Notes: generated by a model from the sequence alone, not told the origin. Numbered from the stretch's first letter, positions 48,968-59,780 are shown. The stretch is DNA of 64,000 bases from Chloroflexota bacterium (GCA_965198185.1 CBDAOU010000001.1:370212-434211); one strand, 5' to 3'. Translations and numbers: made by a program.

Positions 48968-50528
48968 CGTCGTGATTCGCAACGCGAGCATCGTCGACGG
49001 CACAGGTGCGCCCGCCTACCGCGGGAGCGTGGCCATTGACGGAGCGCGGATCACGGCCGTGGGGCTAGTCCCGGATCAAGGCGCGCGCGAGATCGAAGCC
49101 GACGGCCGCGTGGTCTGTCCGGGATTTATCGACGTGCACACGCACTCGGACCTGATGCTGCTGGCCGAACCGGCGCACGAGCCCAAGGTGCGCCAGGGCG
49201 TCACGACGGACCTGTTGGGACTTGACGGGATTGGGTATGCGCCGCTGGCCGACCACTTGCAGCCGGCCTTCCGCGACTACTTCGCCGCCCTCAACGGCGA
49301 CCCGCCCATCAGCCGCGACTGGTCGACCGTCGCCCGCTGGCTCGACACGTTCGAGGGCGCGGCGGCCTGCAACGCGGCGCATCACGTCCCACACGGATGC
49401 GTGCGGGCGGCGCTGGTTGGGTGGGAAGACCGGCGAGCGACGCCCGAGGAATTGGGCGCGATGCAGCAGATCACGCACGAGGCGTTTCAGGACGGGGCCG
49501 TCGCGCTTTCGACGGGCCTTGACTACAAGCCCTGCGCCTTTGCCGACACGGACGAGCTTGTGGCCCTGGGCGAGGTGGCGGCCGAATTCGGCGCGCCGTA
49601 CGTGCCGCACATGCGCTACGTGCTGGGCATGCGGGATGCCATTCGCGAAACCATGGCGATCGGACGTCGGGCGGGATGCCCGGTCCACATCTCGCACTAC
49701 ATCAGCGTCGGCCAGCGCTGGTGGGAGAACCTGGACGAGGCCGACCGCGGCATTCGTGCGGGCGTGTCGCTGTCATTCGACACTTACGCCTATCCCGCCG
49801 GCAGCTCGCTGCTGCACTTCTCGTTCCCCGATTGGGCGCTTGAAGGCGGGCCGCAGGAGATGCTCCGCCGCCTGGACGATGCGGACATGCGGGTGCGGAT
49901 CGCGACGGAGATGGCCAACCGCTCCGGCGACAACTCGATCGACGTCGACCGGGCGCTGCTGTCGAGCCTCCCGGCCGGCCCAAACCGCCACCTGGAGGGC
50001 CGCATGCTCAGCGAAGTAGCCGACGAGCAGGATCGGGAGCCGCATGCGTTCCTGGTCGATCTGGTGCTGGAAGAGCGCGGGCGCGCCGCGTCCGTGTTTT
50101 TCAACGACCAGACGGACGACGACTTTGCGCAGATCATGCGCCATCCGGGACACATGGTCGGCAGCGACGCCATCCTGCTGGGCGACGCCCCACACCCGCG
50201 CACCTACGGCACGTATCCGCGTTTTCTGGGCCGCTGGGTGCGGGAGCTGGGGGTCGTTCCGCTCGAGGCGATGGTGCGGCGCATGACGGGCATGCCCGCC
50301 GCGCGCTTTGGGCTGGTGGATCGCGGCGTCCTCGCGCCCGGCATGGCGGCCGACGTGGTGGTGTTCGATGCGGACACCGTCATCGACAACGCCACCTTCG
50401 AAGCGCCGCGGCAACTGCCGACCGGCATCGACCACGTAATCGTGAACGGCACCTCCGTGATCGACGCGGGCCGGCATACCGGCGCGACGCCCGGTCGGGC
50501 CTTGCGTCGGGGCCGCGCCGCGGAGTGA
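48960..50528 (+). CDS. N-acyl-D-amino-acid deacylase (amidohydrolase superfamily)
   Basis: Own GGAG and GTG; IRNASIVDGTG, PGFIDVHTHSD, QGVTT, HISH, VGSDA, HPRTYGTYPR, GMAADVVVFD. Confidence 0.9.
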   Translation: MHDVVIRNASIVDGTGAPAYRGSVAIDGARITAVGLVPDQGAREIEADGRVVCPGFIDVHTHSDLMLLAEPAHEPKVRQGVTTDLLGLDGIGYAPLADHLQPAFRDYFAALNGDPPISRDWSTVARWLDTFEGAAACNAAHHVPHGCVRAALVGWEDRRATPEELGAMQQITHEAFQDGAVALSTGLDYKPCAFADTDELVALGEVAAEFGAPYVPHMRYVLGMRDAIRETMAIGRRAGCPVHISHYISVGQRWWENLDEADRGIRAGVSLSFDTYAYPAGSSLLHFSFPDWALEGGPQEMLRRLDDADMRVRIATEMANRSGDNSIDVDRALLSSLPAGPNRHLEGRMLSEVADEQDREPHAFLVDLVLEERGRAASVFFNDQTDDDFAQIMRHPGHMVGSDAILLGDAPHPRTYGTYPRFLGRWVRELGVVPLEAMVRRMTGMPAARFGLVDRGVLAPGMAADVVVFDADTVIDNATFEAPRQLPTGIDHVIVNGTSVIDAGRHTGATPGRALRRGRAAE

Positions 50529-50725
50529 ACGACTCCGGGCCGGGCTACACGGGCGGCGGCTGGTTCATGCGTATGTGGTGGGCGGTCTGGCGCCGGCTGC
50601 TTTCGCGCCGCTGTCCGGCATGCGCCGGAACAGGTCTCGAAGCCGGGCACGCCGGCCCGTTGCCCAGCGGCCGACCCCACCGCTGTCCCCGCTGCTACGG
50701 CACCGGACGCGTGAGCTGGCCGTAG
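50525..50725 (+). CDS. Small protein with a DnaJ-type zinc finger (2x CxxCxGxG)
   Basis: CPACAGTG and CPRCYGTG; GTG overlaps the deacylase TGA (GTGA). Confidence 0.65.
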   Translation: MNDSGPGYTGGGWFMRMWWAVWRRLLSRRCPACAGTGLEAGHAGPLPSGRPHRCPRCYGTGRVSWP

Positions 50726-50747
50726 GTCCCGCACCGCCGGCTATCAC

Positions 50748-50813
50748 GGATTCCGGCTCGCCGCCTGCACGGGGACATGCTTCGCGGGAATGACGGAGGG
50801 TTACGAAAACCTC
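50748..50813. repeat. Palindromic repeat family 2, copy 2
   Basis: GGATTCCGGC...GGAATGACGGAGGGTTACG shared with 44586-44629; longer internal insert. Confidence 0.72.
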
Positions 50814-50908
50814 CCGCATCGATGTGCGTCGGCGTTTTCCAAGCGGCCCTTTGGGGGGTATCGTTGACATAACCGTGCCTGTCGGTACGGCTTCCCCGGA
50901 GTCTGCGG

Positions 50909-52750
50909 ATGTGCGGCATTGTCGGGTATCTCGGTCATGAGCCGGCCTCCGGCCACATCCTCACCGGCCTGCGCGCGTTGGAGTACCGGGGCTATGACTC
51001 GGCGGGTCTCGCCGTGCTGGGCCCGGACGGCGTCAGCGTGCGTCGGCGCGCCGGGCGTCTGCACGACCTCGAGGCCCTGGTGCAGGCGGAGCCCGTCGCC
51101 GGGACCATTGGCATCGGCCACACACGCTGGGCAACCCACGGCGCGGCCACCGACGCGAACGCGCATCCGCACCGCGATGGTTCGGGACGCGTGGTCATCG
51201 TCCACAACGGCATCACGGACAACTTTGCCGATCTTCGCGACCGGCTGCTGGCGTCGGGCCACGCGTTCACCTCGGAGACCGACACCGAAGTCATCGCCCA
51301 TCTGATCGGCCTTGCGTTGGATGCCGGCGCCGACTTGTCCGCGGCCGTCGGCGCCGCCGTGCAGCAACTCGAGGGGGCGCATGCCATCGTGGCGCTAGCG
51401 CCTGAGATGCCCGAAATGCTTGTTGCGGCACGCCGTGGCGCGGCGGGTGGGCTGGTTGTGGGCCGCAACGGCGCGACCGCCTGCATCGCCTCGGATCTGG
51501 TGGCGGTGATTCGCCATACACACCAAGTCCAAGTCCTCGAGGCCGACGAGATGGCCGTGGTGTACGCCGACCGGGCGGCGCAGTTCACCGACCTGCGGCA
51601 TCGGCCGCGCAGGCGGGCCATGATCGACATCCCGTGGGACCCGCTCTCGATTGCGAAAGCCGGGCACAAGCACTTTCTCGCCAAGGAGATCCACGAGCAG
51701 CCGACGACGCTGGCGTCGGTGATTCGGCCGCGCATCACGCTCGATCCCATCGAGCTGAAATTCCCATCGTTCCGGCTGCCCATGCCCGCCGCGGACATCG
51801 AGCGCGTGGTGTTGGTTGGGAGCGGCACGGCCTGGCACGCCGGATTGATCGGGCGGGACTACATCGAGGACCTTGCCGGCCTGCCGGCGACCTGCGAGAT
51901 CGCCTCGGAGTTTGCCTATCGGGCGAGCCCGCTCAGCCCGCGCACCCTGGTCATCGCGATCTCGCAGTCCGGTGAAACCGCGGATGTGCTGGCCGCCATT
52001 CGGCGCGCGAAGCGGGGCGGGGCAACGGTGGTGGGCATCGTCAACGTGATGGGCAGCGAGGCGACGCGGCAGGCCGACGCCGTGATGTATATGCACGCGG
52101 GGCCCGAGGTGAGCGTGGCCGCGACGAAAACGTTCACCTCCCAACTGGCATCGCTGCATCTGCTGGCGTGCTACCTGGGCGTGGCCCGGAACGTGCTCAG
52201 CCGGGAGCAGCTGCAGCACCACCTCGCCGCGCTGGCGCACGCGCCGGAGCATGTCGAGCGCGCGCTCACGTGCGAGCCACAAATCGAGGCCCTGGCCCGC
52301 CGCTACCACCGCTTTCGCGATTTTCTCTACATCGGTCGCGGTCAGGCGTTCCCGGTAGCGCTGGAAGGCGCGCTGAAGCTCAAGGAAATCTCGTACATCC
52401 ATGCGGAGGGGTACGCGGCCGGTGAGCTGAAACACGGCCCCATCGCCCTCGCCGCGGCCGACGTGCCGGTGGTCGCCGTCGCAACGGCTGGTCCCCTACG
52501 GGGCAAGACGCTCAACGCCGTCGAGCAGGTGCGGGCGCGCGGCGCCCCGGTGATTCTCATTGCCACCGAGGGCGACGAGCAGGCGGGCGCCACGGCGGAC
52601 GAGGTGATCTACGTCCCCAAGACGGCGGAGGCGGTGGCGCCGATCGTCACGGCGATTCCGCTTCAGTTGCTGGCCTATCACGTGGCCGTGTGGCTGGGGG
52701 CGGATATCGATCAACCGCGGAACCTCGCCAAGTCGGTGACGGTGGAGTAG
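50909..52750 (+). CDS. glmS: Glutamine-fructose-6-phosphate aminotransferase
   Basis: MCGIVGY, EYRGYDSAG, GHTRWATHG, SQSGETAD, EGALKLKEISY, DQPRNLAKSVTVE. Confidence 0.97.
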   Translation: MCGIVGYLGHEPASGHILTGLRALEYRGYDSAGLAVLGPDGVSVRRRAGRLHDLEALVQAEPVAGTIGIGHTRWATHGAATDANAHPHRDGSGRVVIVHNGITDNFADLRDRLLASGHAFTSETDTEVIAHLIGLALDAGADLSAAVGAAVQQLEGAHAIVALAPEMPEMLVAARRGAAGGLVVGRNGATACIASDLVAVIRHTHQVQVLEADEMAVVYADRAAQFTDLRHRPRRRAMIDIPWDPLSIAKAGHKHFLAKEIHEQPTTLASVIRPRITLDPIELKFPSFRLPMPAADIERVVLVGSGTAWHAGLIGRDYIEDLAGLPATCEIASEFAYRASPLSPRTLVIAISQSGETADVLAAIRRAKRGGATVVGIVNVMGSEATRQADAVMYMHAGPEVSVAATKTFTSQLASLHLLACYLGVARNVLSREQLQHHLAALAHAPEHVERALTCEPQIEALARRYHRFRDFLYIGRGQAFPVALEGALKLKEISYIHAEGYAAGELKHGPIALAAADVPVVAVATAGPLRGKTLNAVEQVRARGAPVILIATEGDEQAGATADEVIYVPKTAEAVAPIVTAIPLQLLAYHVAVWLGADIDQPRNLAKSVTVE

Positions 52751-52833
52751 CGGCATTGAGCAAGCGATGCACCCGGACCCGCGCACCTGGATTGCCGGCG
52801 ACGCTGTGTACGGCGCTGGAGCGGATGGCCTAA

Positions 52834-53235
52834 GTGGCCTCACGGACGCAGTTCCTGCTCCGGTCGCTGGCGATGCTGGCGCTGATCGCCGTGCTGGTGG
52901 TGATCATTCAGGAGGCCAGCGGGTCATCCACGCAGCAGGTGGCGCAAGCACGGGTAGGAGACCTGCAGCAGCGGATCGGCTCCGCGGAGCTTGAGAACCA
53001 GCGGCTCGAGGAGCAGCTGCAATACGCCCGCTCGCTGCCGGCACTGCGGGAGATGGCCAAGCGCGAGCTTGGGTTGGTGAACCCGGGTGACCAGGCCGTC
53101 GTGCTGCTGGACCAGGTGCAGGACCGCCCCAGACCGGCGCCGTTGCCGATTCCGACGGTGCCGCCGCCGGAGCCCGAGCCCATTGAGCTCGGATATCTCG
53201 GCGGTTGGATCGCCCTCTTTTTCGGCGGCGATTGA
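52834..53235 (+). CDS. Septum formation initiator (DivIC/FtsB-like)
   Basis: One TM, coiled coil, AKRELGLVNPGD motif. Confidence 0.72.
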   Translation: MASRTQFLLRSLAMLALIAVLVVIIQEASGSSTQQVAQARVGDLQQRIGSAELENQRLEEQLQYARSLPALREMAKRELGLVNPGDQAVVLLDQVQDRPRPAPLPIPTVPPPEPEPIELGYLGGWIALFFGGD

Positions 53236-53265
53236 GCGGGGCGGCACCCGCTAGACTCACCGAAT

Positions 53266-53697
53266 ATGCGCGTGCCCATTGCGCGGGTCGATCCAACGCT
53301 GCCTTTGCCGCGCTATGCCACGGCAGGCTCAGTCGGTTTCGATCTGATCACCCGCGAGACCACGCGCGTTGAGCCCGGATCGATCGGCCTCGTCCCCGCC
53401 AACGTCATCATTGCCGCGCCGCCGGGGTACATGGTCCTGGTAGCCGCCCGCAGCAGCACCGCGCGGCGCACCGGCCTCGTGGTGCCGCACGGCGTCGGCA
53501 TCATCGACCGCGACTATTGCGGACCCGAGGACGAGATTCACGTCCAGGTTTGGAATCCCACCGGCGAGCCGATTGAGGTGGAACGCGGGGCGCGAATTGC
53601 CCAGGCCATACTGGTTCGGGTGGAGACGGCGGAGTGGGTGGAAGGCGAACCGGAAGGTGCGGAGACGCGTGGAGGATTCGGCAGCACGGGCGAGTAG
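53266..53697 (+). CDS. dut: dUTP diphosphatase
   Basis: GSVGFDL, RSST, GIIDRDY, RIAQ, RGGFGSTG. Confidence 0.93.
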   Translation: MRVPIARVDPTLPLPRYATAGSVGFDLITRETTRVEPGSIGLVPANVIIAAPPGYMVLVAARSSTARRTGLVVPHGVGIIDRDYCGPEDEIHVQVWNPTGEPIEVERGARIAQAILVRVETAEWVEGEPEGAETRGGFGSTGE

Positions 53698-53767
53698 CAC
53701 GTCCGCGAACGCCACGCCGCTCGCTCGCCGTCAGGTTCGCCAGCTGCAGGATCGCGTCTACCAGACC

Positions 53768-55117
53768 TTGGTGAGCGCCGGACTCGGTATGGACGACGTG
53801 ATCGTCGCCGCCGTTTCGGGTGGGCCGGATTCCACGGTGCTGCTCGACACTCTGATCGCCGCACGTGAGCGCGGCGGACCGGCCGTCCACGTGGCGCACC
53901 TGGACCACGGGCTGCGCACCGACGCTGCGCAGGTGGCGGAAACGGTCGTCCGGCACGCGCGTGACGCTGGGCTGCCGGTGACGGCGGGCACGCCCCGCGA
54001 CTACCCGGTCGGCGGATCGGAGGGTGAAGCGTCAGAAGACGCGGCTCGCCGCGCCCGGTGGACCTTCCTGCGAACCGTGGCGCGGCGCGTGGGGGCCGCG
54101 CGCATCGCCACCGGACATACCCGCAACGACCAGGCCGAGACCGTCATCATGAATCTGGCTCGCGGGGCCGGGCTGCGCGGGCTGTCGGGGATGCGGGAGG
54201 ACGACGGCGAGATCCTTCGTCCGCTGCTCACGGTGTCGCGCGACGACATCGCCGCCTACGTAAAGACGCGGCAACTTGTGGTCGATGCCGACCCGCTAAA
54301 CGAGACGCCGAGGTTCCGCCGCAATCGCATTCGGTACGACGTCCTGCCGCTGCTCGACGACATCTACCCGGGGGTCGTCAACGCCATCGCTCGCAGCGCC
54401 GAGGTCCTCGCCGACGAGCGCGATGGCTTTCCGCTGGTCGTTCAGCCCGCCGACGGCCTGCGCATGCCATTGCATCCGGAGCGGACAGCGGTGCCGGCGG
54501 GGTTGTTCCCCGAGACGGTCGTGGCCGCGGTCCGGGCCATCGGCGGCCGGCGGCAGCTTGGGGCGGCGCAGCTCGGCGCCCTGGCCCGCGCCCTGCGCGA
54601 GGACACGCATGGACGTTGGGTCGAGCTGGCCGGCGGCGCGCACGCGTATGTCCGCGACGGGGCAGTGGTGTTGTACCCGGAGCGCATGCGCGACGCGGCC
54701 TGGGGGCCGCCGGTGCCGCTCGCCGTGCCCGGCGAGGCGCGGGTGCCCGGCGGCGTGATCATCGCCGAGTTGATGGAAGGTCCAACGTCCCGGCCGCACG
54801 GCGACGCGACGGTTCAATGCATGCTCGACCACGAGCGGCTGCAGGGCCGCACCCTCACGCTGCGAGCGCCGGCGCCGCATGAAAGGGTCCGCGTGGCGCG
54901 CGGCGAACAGACGCGTGATTTGTCGGGGCTGCTTCGCAGTCGCGGGGTGGCGCCGGACATCGCGCCGAGCATGCCGGTCCTCGACGTGGATGGTTCGGCC
55001 GCGTGGGTGCCCGAGGTCTGGCGCGACGGTGGTTTTGCGCCCCGGCCGAACGCGCGCAGCGTTGTGGCGCTCCGCGCACGCTGGGACTCGATTCCGGCGC
55101 CCAGATCACGGGCGTAA
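53768..55117 (+). CDS. tilS: tRNA(Ile)-lysidine synthase (start uncertain)
   Basis: PP-loop AVSGGPDS, HLDHGLR, GHTRNDQAET, RPLL, RNRIR; upstream of ftsH. Confidence 0.9.
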   Translation: MVSAGLGMDDVIVAAVSGGPDSTVLLDTLIAARERGGPAVHVAHLDHGLRTDAAQVAETVVRHARDAGLPVTAGTPRDYPVGGSEGEASEDAARRARWTFLRTVARRVGAARIATGHTRNDQAETVIMNLARGAGLRGLSGMREDDGEILRPLLTVSRDDIAAYVKTRQLVVDADPLNETPRFRRNRIRYDVLPLLDDIYPGVVNAIARSAEVLADERDGFPLVVQPADGLRMPLHPERTAVPAGLFPETVVAAVRAIGGRRQLGAAQLGALARALREDTHGRWVELAGGAHAYVRDGAVVLYPERMRDAAWGPPVPLAVPGEARVPGGVIIAELMEGPTSRPHGDATVQCMLDHERLQGRTLTLRAPAPHERVRVARGEQTRDLSGLLRSRGVAPDIAPSMPVLDVDGSAAWVPEVWRDGGFAPRPNARSVVALRARWDSIPAPRSRA

Positions 55118-55277
55118 ATCCTACGGATGGCGGCCGTAGGTTGCGCGAGACTCGGGTAATGGTTAACCGCGCCGGGGAGAAGGTCGCGAGCCACCGCCTT
55201 GATATACAGTAGGCTCGGCCGAGCACTCGCATCTGCGCTGCGGCCCGTCGTACACCCGCACGAAAGATTCTGGATTC

Positions 55278-57248
55278 ATGAATAACCGACTCGTGCGCAA
55301 CGGGTTCATGTATCTCGTGCTGGCCGTCGCGATTCTGGTTGTGTTGTTCGTCATGTTCAATCCAGGCCAGCCGGATCAGCAGACGGTGGGCATCAGCGAG
55401 CTGTTGAGCCGCGTCCAGGCGTCAGCCGAGAACGGCAGTCAGCCCAGGGTGCTGGTCAGCGACGCGCGCATCGTGGCGATTATTGACGGCCGCGCCATCA
55501 GCGCCGTGGTCAACGATCGCTTCGACATTGGGCAGGAACTTTCCGCGCGGAACCTCAATAGCAACGGCCAGCAAGTCGTGGTCGAATATGAGACGCCCAG
55601 TCCCGCTCCAGCCATCATCGGCATTCTCACCTCGGTCCTCCCGCTGCTGATTTTCGTCGGCTTGCTGGTGTTCATGATGCGGCAGGCCCAGGGCTCGAAC
55701 TCGCAGGCGTTGAGCTTTGGCAAGAGCCGGCCCCGCATGGTGACCGGCAACCGCCCGCGCGTGACATTCAAGGACGTTCAGGGTGTCGACGAGGCCAAGC
55801 AGGAGCTGGCCGAGGTGGTCGAGTTCCTGAAATATCCCGAGAAGTTCACGAAAATCGGTGCGGAGATCCCGCGCGGGGTGCTGCTGGTGGGCCCGCCGGG
55901 CACGGGGAAGACGTACCTGTCGAAGGCCGTCGCCGGAGAGGCCGGCGTGCCGTTCTTCAACATCAGCGGCTCCGAGTTCGTGGAGATGTTCGTGGGCGTC
56001 GGCGCCTCACGGGTCCGCGACCTGTTCGAGAAGGCGAAGCAGAATTCCCCGAGTTTGGTGTTCGTGGACGAGATCGACGCCGTGGGCCGCCAGCGGGGCG
56101 CCGGCTTGGGCGGAAGTCACGACGAGCGCGAGCAGACCCTCAATCAGATTCTCGTCGAGATGGACGGCTTTGACACGGAGCAAACCGTGATCGTGCTGGC
56201 CGCCACCAACCGCCCGGACGTGCTGGACCCGGCTCTCTTGCGGCCGGGACGGTTCGACCGCCGTGTGGTGCTTGATCTGCCGGACATTCGCGGGCGCGAG
56301 GCCATCCTGCGCGTGCACGCGCGCGAGAAGCCGTTCGAGTCCGACGTGGACCTGGGCACGGTCGCGCGCCAGACCCCCGGCTTTTCGGGCGCCGACCTGA
56401 AGAATTTGCTCAACGAGGCGGCGATCTTGGCCGCGCGCCGCAACCGCACGACGGTGGGCATGTTCGAGCTCGAAGAGGCCATTGACCGTGTGATCGCCGG
56501 TCCCCAGCGCAAGAGCCGGGTGATGAGCGAGCACGAAAAGCGCGTCACGGCCTTTCACGAGATCGGGCACGCCCTCATGGCCCACCTGCTGCGGCGGGCC
56601 GACCCGGTCTACAAGGTCACGATCCTGCCCCGGGGCCAGATGGGCGGCTATACCCGGTTCCTTCCTTCCCAGGACCGCCACCTTTTGACGAAGTCGGAGT
56701 TCGAGGACCAGCTGGCGGTGGCCATGGGCGGCCACGCCGCCGAATTGCTGGTGTTTGGCGAAATGACGACGGGACCCAGCAACGACATTCAGATGGCGAC
56801 CGAGATTGCCCGGCGCATGGTCACGCAGTACGGCATGAGCACCAAGCTGGGTCCCCGGGCGTTCGGACGGCGGGAGGAGCTGGTATTCCTGGGTCGGGAC
56901 ATCGCCGAGCAGCGCAACTACAGCGAGGCGGTGGCGGAGACCATCGACCGTGAGGTTTCCCAGCTCATCGACGACGCGCATCACCGGGCACAGGACTTGC
57001 TGGCGCGCAATCGCGGCTTGCTCGATAAGCTTTCGGAGACCTTGATCGAGGTCGAAACGCTCGACGCGGAGGCCTTTGGCCGCTACGTCGACGAATACCA
57101 AGGCCGTACGCCCACGGCGGCCAGCGACCCGCAACCCGCGCCACCAAGTCCAACACCGGCGCCGGCGGCTCCCGCGACCGGCCCGGAGCGGCCGGCTGAG
57201 CCCACGCCCGCGCCGAAGCAGCGCCCGGCGGAAGGCGCCGCCGGCTAG
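55278..57248 (+). CDS. ftsH: ATP-dependent zinc metalloprotease FtsH
   Basis: Two [49 protein letters not shown]. Confidence 0.97.
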   Translation: MNNRLVRNGFMYLVLAVAILVVLFVMFNPGQPDQQTVGISELLSRVQASAENGSQPRVLVSDARIVAIIDGRAISAVVNDRFDIGQELSARNLNSNGQQVVVEYETPSPAPAIIGILTSVLPLLIFVGLLVFMMRQAQGSNSQALSFGKSRPRMVTGNRPRVTFKDVQGVDEAKQELAEVVEFLKYPEKFTKIGAEIPRGVLLVGPPGTGKTYLSKAVAGEAGVPFFNISGSEFVEMFVGVGASRVRDLFEKAKQNSPSLVFVDEIDAVGRQRGAGLGGSHDEREQTLNQILVEMDGFDTEQTVIVLAATNRPDVLDPALLRPGRFDRRVVLDLPDIRGREAILRVHAREKPFESDVDLGTVARQTPGFSGADLKNLLNEAAILAARRNRTTVGMFELEEAIDRVIAGPQRKSRVMSEHEKRVTAFHEIGHALMAHLLRRADPVYKVTILPRGQMGGYTRFLPSQDRHLLTKSEFEDQLAVAMGGHAAELLVFGEMTTGPSNDIQMATEIARRMVTQYGMSTKLGPRAFGRREELVFLGRDIAEQRNYSEAVAETIDREVSQLIDDAHHRAQDLLARNRGLLDKLSETLIEVETLDAEAFGRYVDEYQGRTPTAASDPQPAPPSPTPAPAAPATGPERPAEPTPAPKQRPAEGAAG

Positions 57249-57258
57249 CCGTGTCGCG

Positions 57259-58560
57259 TCACGCCGCGGACGGCTGACGACGCCATAGCAGCCACATCAA
57301 GCCGTTGGCCAGGGCGTAGCAGACGGCCGTGACCGTCACGGCGATTGGCAGCGCACGCTGCTCGGCCAGCATGCCCCCGACCGCGGCCGCGCCTGCCCAG
57401 GCGAGGTTCCACGCCAGCAGCAAGCTGGCGTTCGTGGCCGGACGCGCGGCCTCGGTGACACGCTCCATATAGAGCGCGCCGCGCACGGGCGCCGTCATGT
57501 TCATCAGCGCGCCTCGCGCCAGGAATGCCAGGGAACTGCCCAGCGGCCACGGCAACAGGCCCATGGCCAACAGCAAGGGAATTGACGCGGACTGCGCCAC
57601 CACAATGGCCGTCACTCGGCCCAAATGCCGTGCCGCGAGCGGACCGAACAACGAGGCTCCCAGCCGGGTCGCCAGACCGGCGCCCGCGAGCAGTCCGAAC
57701 TGCGCCTCGCTCAAGCCCAGGTGGCGCGTGAAGTAGACGTTGAGAAACGGGATGGTGACGCCGGCCCCGACGGCGATGATGAGGTGCACGATGAGCAGTC
57801 GGGCAATCGGGTTCGCCTGGCCGCGCAACGCGCCGAACGCCGATCGATCGATTTGAGCCGCGGGCGCGCGCAGCGCCAGCAGCGGAAAGAACCCCAACCC
57901 GCCGTAGAGTGCCGCCGCGCTGAGTACGGCGAAGAACCCCAGCCATACTGGCCAGCCCGTCGCGTCCGCCAGCGCGCGCGGCGCCCATCCGCCGAGGGCA
58001 TTCCCGGCGAAGCTCATGCCGAGAAACACGATCGCCGCCACCGTGAATAGGTAGCTGCGGCCGGCATCGTCGGCGCTGCCCGCGTAGAGCGGGGCAATGA
58101 CGACGTTCCAAAGCGCGCCGCCCAGCCCGCCGAGGGCCGCCCCGGCCACCAGGTAGCCATAGCCGAACGGGGTCACTTGCAGCGCCGTGCCGACGCCGAG
58201 CATCACCGCGCCGACCAGGATCACGGGCTTCGCACCCACTCGAACCGCCAGAAATCCGGCCGGGATCGCCGCCAGTCCGGCAGCCAGACTGGCGCTGGTC
58301 ACGAGACGCCCGGCATCCCCGGCGGTGAAGCCGAGCTCCAGCACATAGAGGTTGTAAGCCACGCGGAAGACGCCGGCGCTGAACGCCCCGAGCAGGGTGC
58401 TGAACAGCAGGAGGCGCGCGTTGCGTGAGAAGCGACGCGTCTCGTGCACATACGACGCGCTGCCGGCGCGCAGGGCGCGCCAGGCCCGCTGGAGGTGCGC
58501 CACCGGCCGCCAGGGCGACGGCGGTGAAACTAAGCGCCTATCCCGCGGCGCTGGCGCCAT
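57259..58560 (-). CDS. MFS transporter
   Basis: About 12 TM; AIPAGFLAVRVGAK; IPFLNVYF; GPLAARHLGRV. Confidence 0.82.
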   Translation of the reverse strand: MAPAPRDRRLVSPPSPWRPVAHLQRAWRALRAGSASYVHETRRFSRNARLLLFSTLLGAFSAGVFRVAYNLYVLELGFTAGDAGRLVTSASLAAGLAAIPAGFLAVRVGAKPVILVGAVMLGVGTALQVTPFGYGYLVAGAALGGLGGALWNVVIAPLYAGSADDAGRSYLFTVAAIVFLGMSFAGNALGGWAPRALADATGWPVWLGFFAVLSAAALYGGLGFFPLLALRAPAAQIDRSAFGALRGQANPIARLLIVHLIIAVGAGVTIPFLNVYFTRHLGLSEAQFGLLAGAGLATRLGASLFGPLAARHLGRVTAIVVAQSASIPLLLAMGLLPWPLGSSLAFLARGALMNMTAPVRGALYMERVTEAARPATNASLLLAWNLAWAGAAAVGGMLAEQRALPIAVTVTAVCYALANGLMWLLWRRQPSAA

Positions 58561-59336
58561 AGGGTTCGGGCACGCATGGCGGGCAGCTTCACCAGACTGC
58601 GAAACTGATTGCGCGCGTGGTCGGCCAGCGCAGGGCGTGGGTGCTGCAGGCCGCCGCGCGCCGCCAGGGTGGTGCGAGCGCTGATCGCCGCGCGAAGCTC
58701 GGCCGCCGTATGGCCGGGAAACAGCGTCAGCGCCCGGCCCAGATCGCCGAAGTGGGCATCGGTGGCGCCAACGGCGGCGCCCACTCGCTCGGCGTGCGTC
58801 GCCTGAAACCGGCGCGCGTCGGCACGGGTGCGCTCCCGCAGGTATTGGTTCTCGATCTCGATTCCGTCAAACCTGACCTGCGCGAGCGCGCGCAAGAGTC
58901 GCTTGGCGGAAATTGACGTCGGCACGCCCAGGAATGGGTGCGCCACGATCGCCAACCCGCCCTGTGCCTGAATGGCCTCCACCGTCTCGATCAGCGGACG
59001 GAAGATGGGGACCGGAAGTTCCAGAAACAGCCCAACCACGTGATCCTGGCGCCGGGTGGTGACTTCCATCCCCACGATCACCTCGACCCGCGCGTAGGTG
59101 GCCGCCGCGATGTCACGTGCTCGCAGGGCGCCGTCGATGGTGTCGTGATCCGTCACGGCCAGGACGTCCAGCCCAAACTCGTCGGCCAGCCGGATCAGGT
59201 CGCCGGGAGAGGGCACCCCGTCGCTGGCGGAGGTGTGGGCATGCAGCTCGGCAAGTCCCCAACCCTGCGGCGGCGAGGGGGGCGCATCACGCGGATGGAT
59301 GGGCCGCGGATCGGCAGGCGGAGGTCCAGTCGCCAC
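58530..59336 (-). CDS. PHP-domain metallophosphoesterase (start uncertain)
   Basis: ELHAHTSASDG, AVTDHDT, GMEVTT, AHPF, GATDAH. The upstream part of the 520-aa ORF is not coding-like. Confidence 0.82.
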   Translation of the reverse strand: MATGPPPADPRPIHPRDAPPSPPQGWGLAELHAHTSASDGVPSPGDLIRLADEFGLDVLAVTDHDTIDGALRARDIAAATYARVEVIVGMEVTTRRQDHVVGLFLELPVPIFRPLIETVEAIQAQGGLAIVAHPFLGVPTSISAKRLLRALAQVRFDGIEIENQYLRERTRADARRFQATHAERVGAAVGATDAHFGDLGRALTLFPGHTAAELRAAISARTTLAARGGLQHPRPALADHARNQFRSLVKLPAMRARTLWRQRRGIGA

Positions 59337-59351
59337 TACAGTACGATCCGC

Positions 59352-59780
59352 ATGTCGCTGCTTGCCCAGGTCGCCGCCCCTCGCATGGCCGTCATGGATT
59401 CCGGTCCCAATTGGAACGTCGAGGATTGCCCCAGCGCATATAACGGCACACCCATTGCGTGGGATCCGGAACGGTATGACACCGCCGCGATGCCCTTCAT
59501 TGTGGCGATCAAGCAGCACTTCTGGTCGTGGCGTATACGACGGTTTGCGGTCCGCACCGGCGTGCTCGAAGTCGAAGTGGACTTGCCCAGCGTAGCGCCG
59601 GACGGGTTGACGATGATCGCTTTCGAGGCGGGCGACGCCACACCGGCGGACGTCAGCCAGGATTTCGAGAAGGTCGTGCTTGCGATTGGCGGGGTGCTTC
59701 TCGACCACGTGTGGCGATTTCGCCTGATCTTCTCGGATGGGAACCGCACGGACGAGTTCAACTGGCGCGTCGGCGGCTGA
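59352..59780 (+). CDS. Hypothetical protein (about 140 aa, start uncertain)
   Basis: Globular-looking composition in the 3' half of ORF 58938-59780; fills the gap between the PHP and MFS genes. Confidence 0.55.
   Translation: MSLLAQVAAPRMAVMDSGPNWNVEDCPSAYNGTPIAWDPERYDTAAMPFIVAIKQHFWSWRIRRFAVRTGVLEVEVDLPSVAPDGLTMIAFEAGDATPADVSQDFEKVVLAIGGVLLDHVWRFRLIFSDGNRTDEFNWRVGG

Noticed and set aside
48051-50528. 825-aa ORF as a genuine novel fusion enzyme
   Set aside because: The deacylase has its own RBS and start, and the junction is explained by a 2-nt repeat slip. Kept only as a low-interest finding.
50814-50908. glmS ribozyme upstream of glmS
   Set aside because: The AGCGCC...GACGAGG core is absent and the space is short.
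55117-55278. Missing hpt between tilS and ftsH
   Set aside because: This cluster varies widely among bacteria; not informative.
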